Part shown: piece after piece, positions 37,241 through 46,750 of the stretch
How positions within the stretch are numbered: the first letter of the stretch is position 1
Layout of the letters: each line of letters opens with the position of its first letter
DNA from: a virus
Lineage: Duplodnaviria; Caudoviricetes
DNA length: 64,000 bases
Virus record (IMG/VR): IMGVR_UViG_3300029288_000006
Location: 1-64,000 of that record
Direction: 5' to 3' (one strand)
Program-made: the position numbers and the translations under genes
The notes under the pieces: generated by a model
Told to the model about the DNA's origin: nothing
The model's input: the letters and a program-made list of their open reading frames with translations, nothing else
The model's database searches: none

Positions 37241-38240
37241 TTTCCTTCTCCCACGGTTTCTCTCTCCTCACAAAATTTTCCAAATTCATCTTACCATTTA
37301 ACTCACACACAACATTTAACATTGGACACGTAGTTCCCCACTTTTCACATGAAGTTTCATCATGATAATATGAATCTCTTTCCATCATCTCTCTAATTTC
37401 TCTAATAATAATACCATAACGTTCGTTAAGTCCAACTAAATCGAATTCATTTCTGTAAAATATCTTACCGAACATATGTTTGCTTTTATCTAATCCAATT
37501 AAATAATAACTTGGACGTTTGATTAGATCACCATAGACTCTGCGTTCAAACATATCAGATGTTTCATTATCTTTAACTTTTAATTGTGGTTTCCGCGCAA
37601 CTTCCATAATAACATATTCAAGTTTCTCATCCACCAGAAAGTAAGTACCAATCTGCGAGAGTATATGAAATGGATGAGTTATGTACATATCTGGATAACC
37701 AGTAAATTTACTCTCTACAAAATGATTATCATACAATCTATCATAAAATCCATGAATTAATATATCACCATTTATACTATCATATCTGGAATACTGAAAC
37801 TCTTTTTGTAATCCTACAAATCCATCTAGATTTGGTTCAATAAATTCTTGCATACCCCTTACAAATCCATTCACCATAGCTAGATTAAATTCATTTATCT
37901 TAGATGATTCTATATAATCATGTAAATGTTTTCTGTAATCAGTATCATTCTCATACATTCCACCAACCATAATATCGTACATCTTACCCATTTTCATGGG
38001 AGAAGTAACCAAATCATCACGAGTAGTAAGACCGGCGATATGTTTAATATAGAATAATCTACGACATTTGAGATAATCCTGAATTGCTGAATGAGATAGT
38101 TTAATAGAATAATGTTTGAGTGCTTCTACACATCTAAACATACTTGGTAACTTACAATATCCAGCTTCTTTAGTATTTGTGTTGGGAATATAATGAGCAC
38201 ATGGAGAGTTAGGTATAGGTATTATCTTAGGACAATTCAT
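37224..38240 (-). CDS. Cas4-like PD-(D/E)xK exonuclease
   Basis: LSHSAIQDYLKC, GFYD, ESK, Q...Y, C-terminal C....CP...C. Confidence 0.8.
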   Translation of the reverse strand: MNCPKIIPIPNSPCAHYIPNTNTKEAGYCKLPSMFRCVEALKHYSIKLSHSAIQDYLKCRRLFYIKHIAGLTTRDDLVTSPMKMGKMYDIMVGGMYENDTDYRKHLHDYIESSKINEFNLAMVNGFVRGMQEFIEPNLDGFVGLQKEFQYSRYDSINGDILIHGFYDRLYDNHFVESKFTGYPDMYITHPFHILSQIGTYFLVDEKLEYVIMEVARKPQLKVKDNETSDMFERRVYGDLIKRPSYYLIGLDKSKHMFGKIFYRNEFDLVGLNERYGIIIREIREMMERDSYYHDETSCEKWGTTCPMLNVVCELNGKMNLENFVRREKPWEKEIAKTN

Positions 38241-38245
38241 TTTCC

Positions 38246-38752
38246 TTATCCTGACATCGCGGTTACAAACTCTTCTTCTAACTCCTTTGCCATCGCTAAC
38301 TTTTTAGTATCTGCCGCACCGTTATTAATCATACTCTTTCTTAGCTTATCAAATATACCATTCAACTCTATGATTCTTTCCATCCTATATATAGTCATTA
38401 ACTTACTGTGCAACTCTCTCAACTCATTGACATCTTCAACCTTATCTGGAACTTTTTCTTCCAATAATTGTGTCATTATATATAGACCAACCCTGAATAT
38501 TACTCTATTAAAATCACTTCTGGTTTTGAACATTCCCTTCGGGGCAATCTCATGCAACTTCTCTATTATATCTACTTCATGCGGATTTTCCCTGAATGTT
38601 ATTGGGACAGAATGCCCATGCTCATCACTAACATCAGACCCGGAACCTTTCCATAATCCACGAGCAGATGAACGAGCACCGGACAGGGTAAATATTCTCA
38701 TTACCCCATCCATTAAATTTTCCCATATTTTAATTTCTTCCTCTGTAAGCAA
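38246..38752 (-). CDS. Putative ribbon-helix-helix regulator
   Basis: GGAGG then TTG; VPITFR..FKTRSDFNR resembles an RHH. Confidence 0.45.
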   Translation of the reverse strand: MLTEEEIKIWENLMDGVMRIFTLSGARSSARGLWKGSGSDVSDEHGHSVPITFRENPHEVDIIEKLHEIAPKGMFKTRSDFNRVIFRVGLYIMTQLLEEKVPDKVEDVNELRELHSKLMTIYRMERIIELNGIFDKLRKSMINNGAADTKKLAMAKELEEEFVTAMSG

Positions 38753-38820
38753 ATGAATAAACCTCCCCCGCTATGAATTATATAACTAAAAATTCATAAG
38801 AAACACTATAAAAATTCTAC

Positions 38821-38853
38821 AATAAATCCCAAATAAATTCCAAATAAATCCCG
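38821..38853. repeat. 11-bp direct repeat x3 (AATAAATYCCR)
   Basis: aataaatccca aataaattcca aataaatcccg. Confidence 0.85.
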
Positions 38854-38877
38854 AATCAATCTAGTTGTATAACTATA

Positions 38878-38906
38878 AATATAATACATGAACGAATTTT
38901 TAGCAA
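38878..38906 (-). promoter_or_regulatory. sigma70-type promoter TTGCTA-N17-TATATT
   Basis: Same class as the promoters at 6515 and 19309. Confidence 0.65.
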
Positions 38907-39004
38907 GAGAAATTTGTAACAGAACATGATTTATTTTATTGCTACATAATGAGTTAGATATAATATTAGACTATAGAAATAGATGGAAAATAGTTGAAAA
39001 TAAT

Positions 39005-39187
39005 TTAAGTTTTATTCTTGAGAATGTTATTGTGTATTTTCTCCAACAAATAACCAATCTCATTTAGTATACTAGCACACACAAAAATACCAAAACAAAC
39101 GATACTTTCAAATGATGGGAAATTGAATTGGAATAAACATATTATCGCTGCTATCATACATGCGATGTCAGATATTAAAAATAACAT
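39005..39187 (-). CDS. Small membrane protein
   Basis: Two hydrophobic segments; AAGGAG RBS. Confidence 0.55.
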   Translation of the reverse strand: MLFLISDIACMIAAIICLFQFNFPSFESIVCFGIFVCASILNEIGYLLEKIHNNILKNKT

Positions 39188-39250
39188 AATATTATTTCTC
39201 CTTCATTATCCTAATTAATTTTGTAACTTCCATTTAACTTCTCCTCATGT

Positions 39251-39724
39251 TCAATAATCAAGTGGGAAACACACATTATATTCTTGTTCCAATAATTCTA
39301 CGAGACATACTATTATAGCTATTCTCAAATACCCCCCTATAGTATTTGAGAAATATCCGAAATCTTTATTATGAGCATTAAAAACCTCATATAAATATTG
39401 GTTCATTCTCGAAGATAATTTTCTCTCAAAATTTTGATCAATACAAAAGTGTTTATCTAATATACCATCTCCTTTAAGTTGTTCTATTTCTGAATTAAAT
39501 CTATTCCTCAAAACTCCGAGATAATCCAAATCTATTCCGTAACGTTCATTGGGTTTACATTCTTCAAATAATCCCGAATCATAACTCCAATTATTTGGAG
39601 ATCGCATACGATAACACTTTTGACATAATTCACAATACATGGAATCATTGGCATTACCATTAACCATTTTATGTGATGGATGGATTCCCCTGTATTTTCC
39701 ATCAATAGTTAATATATTAACCAT
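39251..39724 (-). CDS. Hypothetical protein
   Basis: H.SH..CELC; AAGGAG RBS. Confidence 0.55.
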   Translation of the reverse strand: MVNILTIDGKYRGIHPSHKMVNGNANDSMYCELCQKCYRMRSPNNWSYDSGLFEECKPNERYGIDLDYLGVLRNRFNSEIEQLKGDGILDKHFCIDQNFERKLSSRMNQYLYEVFNAHNKDFGYFSNTIGGYLRIAIIVCLVELLEQEYNVCFPLDY

Positions 39725-39738
39725 AAGAATATATCTCC

Positions 39739-39999
39739 TTACACATAAATCATTCCTATTTCAGTTCTAATAGGATAAACCTCCGCATCTTTTAATTCAT
39801 CTGTTTCCCATAAATCTTTTGCTGTAACATTTAATATGTGACTCCATACATACATTACTCTATGCGGTGGGATAATATCTCCGCGCAAAATTTTGCATAC
39901 ATCTTCATATCTCATACCAACTTCTCGCGCGAATGATTTTATACTACCATAATGTATAATTATTTCACCCCGCAACCGGTTCTTTGGTATCTTCAGCAT
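39739..39999 (-). CDS. Cro/CI-type HTH protein
   Basis: YGSIKSFAREVGM..V.KILRG..LNV...DLW. Confidence 0.75.
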   Translation of the reverse strand: MLKIPKNRLRGEIIIHYGSIKSFAREVGMRYEDVCKILRGDIIPPHRVMYVWSHILNVTAKDLWETDELKDAEVYPIRTEIGMIYV

Positions 40000-40645
40000 T
40001 TTTAACTTCTACTTTCGAGTCAAGATTAATTGATTGTTGTTCACCAACAGTATCTACGAATTTCTCTGCAATTTGATTTGTAACATCTATTGGTTTATTA
40101 TTAGTATCAGCATTGGTATCAATCGGATTACTAACATCTTCACAATAATATTCCAACATTAATATATCATTGATTTTCTTTATGGAATCTATGTTACCAT
40201 TAATTGCAGCAAGAAAACTATTGGAATCCAATATCTTATAGAACACATCACACACTGAAGTTCCAAAGGATTTTTCTAATTGACTTAGATCATAACCCAA
40301 ACTTATAATAGATGAATTTCTTGCCGCCAATAATATTTTACATGTATTAAATATATTTGTTAAATATTTTTTCTGATCAAGCGGTATGATAGAATAGACA
40401 ATATTGTGATTAGCATATCGTTCTATTTGATCCGATACATCTTCCGATAGGAATATACCACCCAAAAATTCCAAGAAATCTCGTATTAAATAATCTATAC
40501 CATCAAAGATAGATTGGGCAAAAAATGAAGTGTATTCTTCGGATGTATATATATCTGTATCATCTACGGTAATGGGAATACGGTTTATTTTCTTAACATC
40601 TTTTTCTTTATTTATTTTCCCCATGTTTTTATTCCTCCATATCAC
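39965..40645 (-). CDS. Hypothetical protein
   Basis: 226-aa ORF; start probably the second Met after GGAGG. Confidence 0.55.
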   Translation of the reverse strand: MIWRNKNMGKINKEKDVKKINRIPITVDDTDIYTSEEYTSFFAQSIFDGIDYLIRDFLEFLGGIFLSEDVSDQIERYANHNIVYSIIPLDQKKYLTNIFNTCKILLAARNSSIISLGYDLSQLEKSFGTSVCDVFYKILDSNSFLAAINGNIDSIKKINDILMLEYYCEDVSNPIDTNADTNNKPIDVTNQIAEKFVDTVGEQQSINLDSKVEVKNAEDTKEPVAG

Positions 40646-40823
40646 TTTCTGTGAGTAGTTCTTTCATAATATCACTATTCAATTTAACATCATCATCATG
40701 CATACCAGTAATACCCTTAAGAAATGTTACATATCCACAATATATACACACAATCTCTTTACTCGGATTTAATTTAATATCTTTCCATAGTGTAACCTTC
40801 TTACCGCATTTATCGCATTCCAT
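40629..40823 (-). CDS. Zinc-ribbon protein
   Basis: CDKC..CIYC. Confidence 0.6.
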   Translation of the reverse strand: MECDKCGKKVTLWKDIKLNPSKEIVCIYCGYVTFLKGITGMHDDDVKLNSDIMKELLTESDMEE

Positions 40824-40844
40824 AATTATTTCTCTCCTTATTTA

Positions 40845-41819
40845 TTATTCCATAGTACCATGAAATCGCTGAACACTATCATGTACATTATCCTGATGTA
40901 CAATATTTTTACCCAAACCAATGTTATATCTTTTATATTGAGGATGGTTACTCGGATATACCGAAACCCATGAATGACCACAATGATTACATTTCCATAC
41001 AACATAATCGAAATAGGAATTCGATATTTTCTTATCAGCAATACCAAATGAATGCGTTGATAAATTACATCCGGGACAAACACCCCTCTCCATCCCATGT
41101 AAAGTCTTATACTGTTCTATGTGGGAAGTTAATGTATATGATAGTCTACCGGACGAATAACCATTATAGCTGTAACTATCCCAAGAATTTTCACCTCTAT
41201 ATCCGTTCATGCTACTCCAGTCATACCCAATACTCTTCACACTCTTATACAAACTATTACTAAAATACGAATCTCCATCCTTTTCAAAATCACCTATCAT
41301 AGAACACTTACCATGATGATCCATTATAACAAATTTTGAATGAGTCATAGCTATTAATTCGGTTACCGTCTTATCAAATATCAATCCTTTTCTGGCTAAT
41401 GGGTATAATATGTCTATAATAAAACACTGTGTGTCTGATAACTTTTTATTACCAGAACTTACTATACCATTATGAGCTACACCATAATCACAAGATACGT
41501 TCCCATGATTTAGCAGATGTACATTATCTGTTATGGGAAACGGGTGACATTTGCTCTCGGAAATACCACCACTAGTAGCTATTCTAAAATGAGCTACAAA
41601 CGGGGTATTTAATGTACCATCTGAATCACATATAATATTTCTTACATTATCTAATCTTTTTTCAAATGCATTGAATTTCATGAATCCTTTTTGTACTATC
41701 ACTCTATCCCTAAACGGATACATGAATCCACATCCGTTTGAGTTTCTATCAAAACAACTCCTGAACGTATCTATACTTGGTAATTTTGCACCATGTGGAC
41801 TATAAACTATTACACACAT
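40845..41819 (-). CDS. Class II (Ntn) glutamine amidotransferase
   Basis: Cys2 nucleophile (MCVI), N.NGCG, HFRIATSG, HPF, HNG, SDT, FSN; C-terminal zinc ribbon. Confidence 0.9.
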   Translation of the reverse strand: MCVIVYSPHGAKLPSIDTFRSCFDRNSNGCGFMYPFRDRVIVQKGFMKFNAFEKRLDNVRNIICDSDGTLNTPFVAHFRIATSGGISESKCHPFPITDNVHLLNHGNVSCDYGVAHNGIVSSGNKKLSDTQCFIIDILYPLARKGLIFDKTVTELIAMTHSKFVIMDHHGKCSMIGDFEKDGDSYFSNSLYKSVKSIGYDWSSMNGYRGENSWDSYSYNGYSSGRLSYTLTSHIEQYKTLHGMERGVCPGCNLSTHSFGIADKKISNSYFDYVVWKCNHCGHSWVSVYPSNHPQYKRYNIGLGKNIVHQDNVHDSVQRFHGTME

Positions 41820-41843
41820 TAATAATTTACCCTCCTCCCTGAT

Positions 41844-42941
41844 TTATGCCCCGATTATTCTTATAGCTCTTTCAATTTGTTTTTTATATAGCTCATACAT
41901 CTTTACATCAAACAATCCATGAATATCCATGTACCTTATTAAATATATATATCTCCAGGAATTAGAAAGAATATATTCACACAGTTCATTCCATACTAAT
42001 TTTTCATCCATTGAATTAATAGTCTTAAAAAATACCAGATTTGAACCTTGCTTAATATAATTTGAAACAGCATCGCACATTTCAAAAGTAGCTAATACAG
42101 TTTTATATTTCAAAGAACCCCTGAATGATCGTATCTCTATTGTATTTGGGGTTACATTGGTAGATACATATTTCCCACCGATAGTTGGTTCACGTAACAT
42201 ATATAGTTTTGGTTTATATCTCATCCTATTAACATTAACAAATTGGGCATATGTACAATCATACCTTCTGGAAAATATAGACATTTGACCTTTTAACAAA
42301 TTAAACATATTAACAAATTTATGCATATCAATCGTACTAAAAAACAATTTATTAAGATGTATATGCAATCCACAACATTTACCATCATGACTTACAAAAC
42401 CACATCTTATAATATCCCCCAACAATTCACGCATGGGGAATTCTCTATGATAATATTCCAATGTACATGGATTGAATATCATCTCAAATCCAGAACATGT
42501 TCCATCGTGTTTGAAATATATTTTATTCCCATTGTTTGAATATTTTTTATATAAGACATTTACCGCATCTTCAACAGAACATATATTATGATTCTTACAA
42601 AATGGACTTTCCCTGACTCTTGAAGTAGAATCTGTTTCTATTTCTGCCCCCATATACAATAAATTTGATGAAGATTTATCACCAACTCTATCTAAATGAG
42701 TATCATAGAAACTGGGTCGAGGTTTATATGAATGATTATTTATACCATTCATCGCTCTTTCTGGTTTATTATTCCTGATAACACATTCGGGACAAATTGA
42801 TCGGCCCCTATTGGAAATAAAATATTTACCACAGGTAGTACATTTTGCTCCCAATATAAGCAAACATGATGAACAATAATTCACTCCATTTACCATAGTT
42901 ATATTACTTTTTTCTTTACCACATATAAAACATTTTGCCAT
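41844..42941 (-). CDS. Putative amidoligase (COOH-NH2 ligase fold)
   Basis: MGAEIE, KHDG..GFE, CGLHIH, TIEIRSFRGSL; adjacent to the amidotransferase. Confidence 0.85.
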   Translation of the reverse strand: MAKCFICGKEKSNITMVNGVNYCSSCLLILGAKCTTCGKYFISNRGRSICPECVIRNNKPERAMNGINNHSYKPRPSFYDTHLDRVGDKSSSNLLYMGAEIETDSTSRVRESPFCKNHNICSVEDAVNVLYKKYSNNGNKIYFKHDGTCSGFEMIFNPCTLEYYHREFPMRELLGDIIRCGFVSHDGKCCGLHIHLNKLFFSTIDMHKFVNMFNLLKGQMSIFSRRYDCTYAQFVNVNRMRYKPKLYMLREPTIGGKYVSTNVTPNTIEIRSFRGSLKYKTVLATFEMCDAVSNYIKQGSNLVFFKTINSMDEKLVWNELCEYILSNSWRYIYLIRYMDIHGLFDVKMYELYKKQIERAIRIIGA

Positions 42942-42954
42942 TAAAATAAACTCC

Positions 42955-43332
42955 TTATGATTTGGTTAGATTGTAGTTTTCATATATATTACCAATGAGT
43001 TTGATACCATCCATAACTATGGGGAACGGGAACCTTTCATCACAATCATATAACATAATAAAAGAATTGGTTAGTTTATTATATGCTATCAGATAAATAT
43101 CATTGGTATGCATATCCAAAAGCAAATCGTTACAGTAAAGATACAACCCATTTAAAGTTTCAAAACCTATATCAAAAGAACCCGGTAAACAAGTTATATA
43201 GTCTGGATGATCCGTCCATAACATATTTCTATCTCTATCCTTATATATTTTTACTATTAATGCATCAGAATCTATTGTAGAATATCCCCAAATCTTATTC
43301 TCTCTTATTATTCTAAATCTAATTTCTTTCAT
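42955..43332 (-). CDS. YopX-like protein
   Basis: MKEIRFR...LIGNIYEN. Confidence 0.7.
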   Translation of the reverse strand: MKEIRFRIIRENKIWGYSTIDSDALIVKIYKDRDRNMLWTDHPDYITCLPGSFDIGFETLNGLYLYCNDLLLDMHTNDIYLIAYNKLTNSFIMLYDCDERFPFPIVMDGIKLIGNIYENYNLTKS

Positions 43333-43553
43333 GATATTCCTTCCGCATAATCAATCCAAAGTTCTATACTCCAGAATAACCATGATAAAGAATAACATGC
43401 ACTATGATTATACCAATTTTGGGTTTTATCATAAAAAGAAAATAATTCAAATGATATTGTTGGAATAAATACAAATAAAATAACTATATGGTCATCATCA
43501 CCATCCGAATACCCATTTCTACATTTTATTTTTACATGTAACTCTCTCCCCAT
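43329..43553 (-). CDS. Hypothetical hydrophobic protein
   Basis: Translationally coupled ORF. Confidence 0.45.
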   Translation of the reverse strand: MGRELHVKIKCRNGYSDGDDDHIVILFVFIPTISFELFSFYDKTQNWYNHSACYSLSWLFWSIELWIDYAEGIS

Positions 43554-43882
43554 TTTCTCAACTCCCTGTTAATTTGTTTTAACTTCTTTTTATTTCCAAT
43601 AAACTTGTAAAATATTTCTTTCTTATGTGTTACAATATCTTCGGAGATTTTATTCCCGGATTTTTTTATTTTCTTATGAACATTACACACAGTTACAACA
43701 GTATTTTTAGCAACATCAAATACCCATCGTCTATTTTTATATTCATATACAACGGTATTCCTAACATCATCAAACTTAATGAAGTTACCCATCAATCTTG
43801 CATCAGTAGCTTCATCCCTGATATTATTTATACCATTAAATCTTTCATACGCTCTATTAATTGCATGTCTCATTATGTTCAT
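43532..43882 (-). CDS. Hypothetical protein, possible BECR/RelE-like RNase fold
   Basis: HA..R..ER helix followed by VF....VVTV strands. Confidence 0.4.
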   Translation of the reverse strand: MNIMRHAINRAYERFNGINNIRDEATDARLMGNFIKFDDVRNTVVYEYKNRRWVFDVAKNTVVTVCNVHKKIKKSGNKISEDIVTHKKEIFYKFIGNKKKLKQINRELRKWGESYM

Positions 43883-44067
43883 GGCGAATTTACCTTAACT
43901 TTATTTGTAATCATATTTAATCTCTGTTTGCTTCTCCATTCAGGAGGTGAACTTTTATGAACAAAATAAATACAGTTACCAGATTCACTCGGAACTATTT
44001 TATGATCACACTCATGTTCTAAATCACAACTAGAACATGAAAATTTAAGTTTAACTACATTACTCAT
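43879..44067 (-). CDS. Small Cys-rich protein
   Basis: CSSC..C..C. Confidence 0.5.
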   Translation of the reverse strand: MSNVVKLKFSCSSCDLEHECDHKIVPSESGNCIYFVHKSSPPEWRSKQRLNMITNKVKVNSP

Positions 44068-44360
44068 AAGATAATTTCTCCCACTTCATTATTATATTCT
44101 TCTATAGTTTTAATCACTTTATAAATATAATTAGCTGATACATGGAACTGCCGGTCATCCATATCAGTGTCAGAACCCCTGACAAATAGTTCATCACTAT
44201 CTTCACATATATCGGGAAATGAAAAACTACATAAGGAAACTCCATTAGATGCATGAAAATAATCATTGCCCCGGTAGAAATCACAGCATCTTGAATCCTG
44301 ATGAGTAATAAAAAAAAGTAATACATCACAATCAACTTGTATAATCTTATATTTTATCAT
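44064..44360 (-). CDS. Tandem paralogue family, copy 8
   Basis: MIKYKIIQ..ITHQ..FHASNG..S..FP..LFVRG..IEEYN. Confidence 0.85.
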   Translation of the reverse strand: MIKYKIIQVDCDVLLFFITHQDSRCCDFYRGNDYFHASNGVSLCSFSFPDICEDSDELFVRGSDTDMDDRQFHVSANYIYKVIKTIEEYNNEVGEIIL

Positions 44361-44746
44361 AATCCCACGCGATACTTTATATGTTCATTATACTCATCAA
44401 TCGCACTAACTATTTTATAAATATAAGAAATGGATATTGTCATAATACAATTATCCATTCCCTTATTCGATCCCATTGTATATAACGTATTATATTCTAT
44501 ATCAAAATCTGGATGTGAACAACTAATCAATTGCAATCCATTAGACGCTGTAAAGCGATCATGAAAAATATTAGACTTACAATAAAAACTAGACCCCCTA
44601 AAATCTTGATGGGTAATAACAAAAATAATTTTATCTTTACTATCTATATCGTGTTTCTGACGAGTAGAAAGAGCATCAACATTCCGCTCCAATAAACCCA
44701 CAATATACTGATCCTTATATGATTGGAATATCCTATATCTAATCAT
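44357..44746 (-). CDS. Tandem paralogue family, copy 7 (N-terminal insertion)
   Basis: MIRYRIFQ..ITHQ..FTASNG..IDEYN. Confidence 0.85.
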   Translation of the reverse strand: MIRYRIFQSYKDQYIVGLLERNVDALSTRQKHDIDSKDKIIFVITHQDFRGSSFYCKSNIFHDRFTASNGLQLISCSHPDFDIEYNTLYTMGSNKGMDNCIMTISISYIYKIVSAIDEYNEHIKYRVGL

Positions 44747-44998
44747 TTATGAAATCATCCTATCTATTGTACTTTTATTATACTCTTCAATTGCGTTGAT
44801 CACTGTATTTATCTGATCAATGCTTATATTTAACCAGTCAAAATATTTGTTATCTAATCCATTGGATGCGATAAATGAACTGTGATAATATCCTGAACTG
44901 TCTTTAAAAAATTCTCCACGTATAAAGTATTGTTCGGTAATTTGGAATTTTACATATTGATTGGATGAAATAAACTGAATTATTTTATACTTAATCAT
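44747..44998 (-). CDS. Tandem paralogue family, copy 6 (internal deletion)
   Basis: MIKYKIIQ..ITEQ..FIASNG; lacks the S..P..RG block; AIEEYN. Confidence 0.8.
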   Translation of the reverse strand: MIKYKIIQFISSNQYVKFQITEQYFIRGEFFKDSSGYYHSSFIASNGLDNKYFDWLNISIDQINTVINAIEEYNKSTIDRMIS

Positions 44999-45294
44999 AC
45001 ATCTCTCACCTTATCATTATATTCATTAATCGCATTTATTACGGAATATATATGAATAATAGGAATAATTATCATATAATTATATTTATCCACCTGTCTA
45101 CCTCTCGTAAATAATATACGATGACCACTAGAACTCCATGATGGGTATGCTTCACTAGCTAAAATCATTCCGTCTGATGCACGAAATTCGCTCATACCAT
45201 GATAAAAATTATAACAAACATCATCTTGATATGTGATAGTCATGTATATACAATGTGGAAAAGCTAAATCCTGAGTTATTTTATATCTTATCAT
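44995..45294 (-). CDS. Tandem paralogue family, copy 5
   Basis: MIRYKITQ..ITYQ..FRASDG..SEAYP..LFTRG..AINEYN. Confidence 0.85.
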   Translation of the reverse strand: MIRYKITQDLAFPHCIYMTITYQDDVCYNFYHGMSEFRASDGMILASEAYPSWSSSGHRILFTRGRQVDKYNYMIIIPIIHIYSVINAINEYNDKVRDV

Positions 45295-45297
45295 ATA

Positions 45298-45573
45298 TCA
45301 TTCCATCTCATTTAATAAATTTAATGTTGTAAGAACTCTGTAAATACATCCTATTGGTACTACCAGTGGACTATGATTGAGATGATAATTGTTTCCCCTA
45401 ATATATAATATACCAGCACCGGGTTGCAACTCTGGATGGTCTACAGAATAAACATAAAAATCCCCAACTCTACTGCCATTTAGTTTATATAATTCTTTCG
45501 ACTGGTAGGTTATTTCTATATGAATAGTCTTAGAACTAATCTGTGTAACCCCATATCTGATCATAATTATCAC
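45298..45573 (-). CDS. Tandem paralogue family, copy 4 (divergent)
   Basis: MIRYGVTQ..ITYQ..SVDHP..LYIRG. Confidence 0.8.
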   Translation of the reverse strand: MIIMIRYGVTQISSKTIHIEITYQSKELYKLNGSRVGDFYVYSVDHPELQPGAGILYIRGNNYHLNHSPLVVPIGCIYRVLTTLNLLNEME

Positions 45574-45878
45574 TCCAAATTGCTAAAATTATTTAGGGAT
45601 TCAAGCGCACAAATTACTCTATATATGAATTGTATTGGTATTCTTATATTAGTATGATCCATAGATTTATCCGAACCGCTCAAGAATAATTTTATAACCT
45701 CTCCAATAATTGTGGAATAACTTATGAATGATGGATATTGTACTGAATATATAAATACACCATTTAATTCTTGTCCATAGTTGCCACATAGATTATATAA
45801 GTCATAAGATTGTTCGGTAATCTGCAACCATACTGCACTTTTGTTTGGGGATTTTTGTCTTATAATATATTTTATCAT
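45570..45878 (-). CDS. Tandem paralogue family, copy 3 (divergent)
   Basis: MIKYIIRQ..ITEQ..SVQYP..LFLSG. Confidence 0.8.
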   Translation of the reverse strand: MIKYIIRQKSPNKSAVWLQITEQSYDLYNLCGNYGQELNGVFIYSVQYPSFISYSTIIGEVIKLFLSGSDKSMDHTNIRIPIQFIYRVICALESLNNFSNLE

Positions 45879-46177
45879 AAACTATTAACCCTAATATTAT
45901 TATACTCTTCAATTGCATTTATTATACCATTAATATAAATAACAGGGATACGAATTATATAATCATCTTTACTCCAATCTATCCCCCGCACATACAATAT
46001 TGGTGCTACGAGTGATGAATCATGTGCCGGGTATGATTCGCTTGTCAGGTAAACTCCATTAGAAGCATGAAATACACGGCCATAATAAAAATCAATTCCC
46101 CTATAAGACTGATGTGTGATCATGAAACATATATAATTATCAAACTTAGAGTCCTGTGTTATCCTATACTTAATCAT
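45875..46177 (-). CDS. Tandem paralogue family, copy 2
   Basis: MIKYRITQ..ITHQ..FHASNG..SESYP..LYVRG..AIEEYN. Confidence 0.85.
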   Translation of the reverse strand: MIKYRITQDSKFDNYICFMITHQSYRGIDFYYGRVFHASNGVYLTSESYPAHDSSLVAPILYVRGIDWSKDDYIIRIPVIYINGIINAIEEYNNIRVNSL

Positions 46178-46180
46178 ATG

Positions 46181-46477
46181 TCATCCGATCTCACAATTAT
46201 ATTCATCAATTGCGAAAATCACATTATATATATATACGATTGGGATGCGTAATCTATAATTATTTTTATCAAATGCATTTCCCCTTACATATAATGTATT
46301 ATGGGAATATATACTAAATTCAGGGTACATTTCACTTGCTAATTCAAATCCATTTGATGCAGTAAATGTACGGCTACTACCATCTATCCCAAAATATATA
46401 CCAATTTTATCTTGGCGTGTAACAGTAAAATTTATATAACTAGAACCAGAACTTTGTTTTATACTATACTTAATCAT
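46181..46477 (-). CDS. Tandem paralogue family, copy 1
   Basis: MIKYSIKQ..VTRQ..FTASNG..SEMYP..LYVRG..AIDEYN. Confidence 0.85.
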   Translation of the reverse strand: MIKYSIKQSSGSSYINFTVTRQDKIGIYFGIDGSSRTFTASNGFELASEMYPEFSIYSHNTLYVRGNAFDKNNYRLRIPIVYIYNVIFAIDEYNCEIG

Positions 46478-46519
46478 AATATACCTATCCTATTGCTTCG
46501 ATTGGTTAGTTGTATTAAA

Positions 46520-46750
46520 TTAATCATTGTTACCAAAATTATATAAATTATACATAAGTATCAATTGTTTTGTATCCACCCTATGAGCGCCAAACTCCTC
46601 GGCTAATTGTACCTTACCTTTCATTAGATCATAATGATGTATCCTGTGATCTTGAGACCATTCGCGTTTTAAGCCAATAAGTTTGGCAAAAGAATGTAAT
46701 TCCTCATCCGAATTGGCAACTAGATGTTTCCCATCAGTATAAACGGCCAT
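46520..46750 (-). CDS. DUF4031-family protein
   Basis: MAVYTD..HLVA.S.EELH.FA..IGLKR.W.Q...HYDL; start reassigned to 46750. Confidence 0.8.
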   Translation of the reverse strand: MAVYTDGKHLVANSDEELHSFAKLIGLKREWSQDHRIHHYDLMKGKVQLAEEFGAHRVDTKQLILMYNLYNFGNND

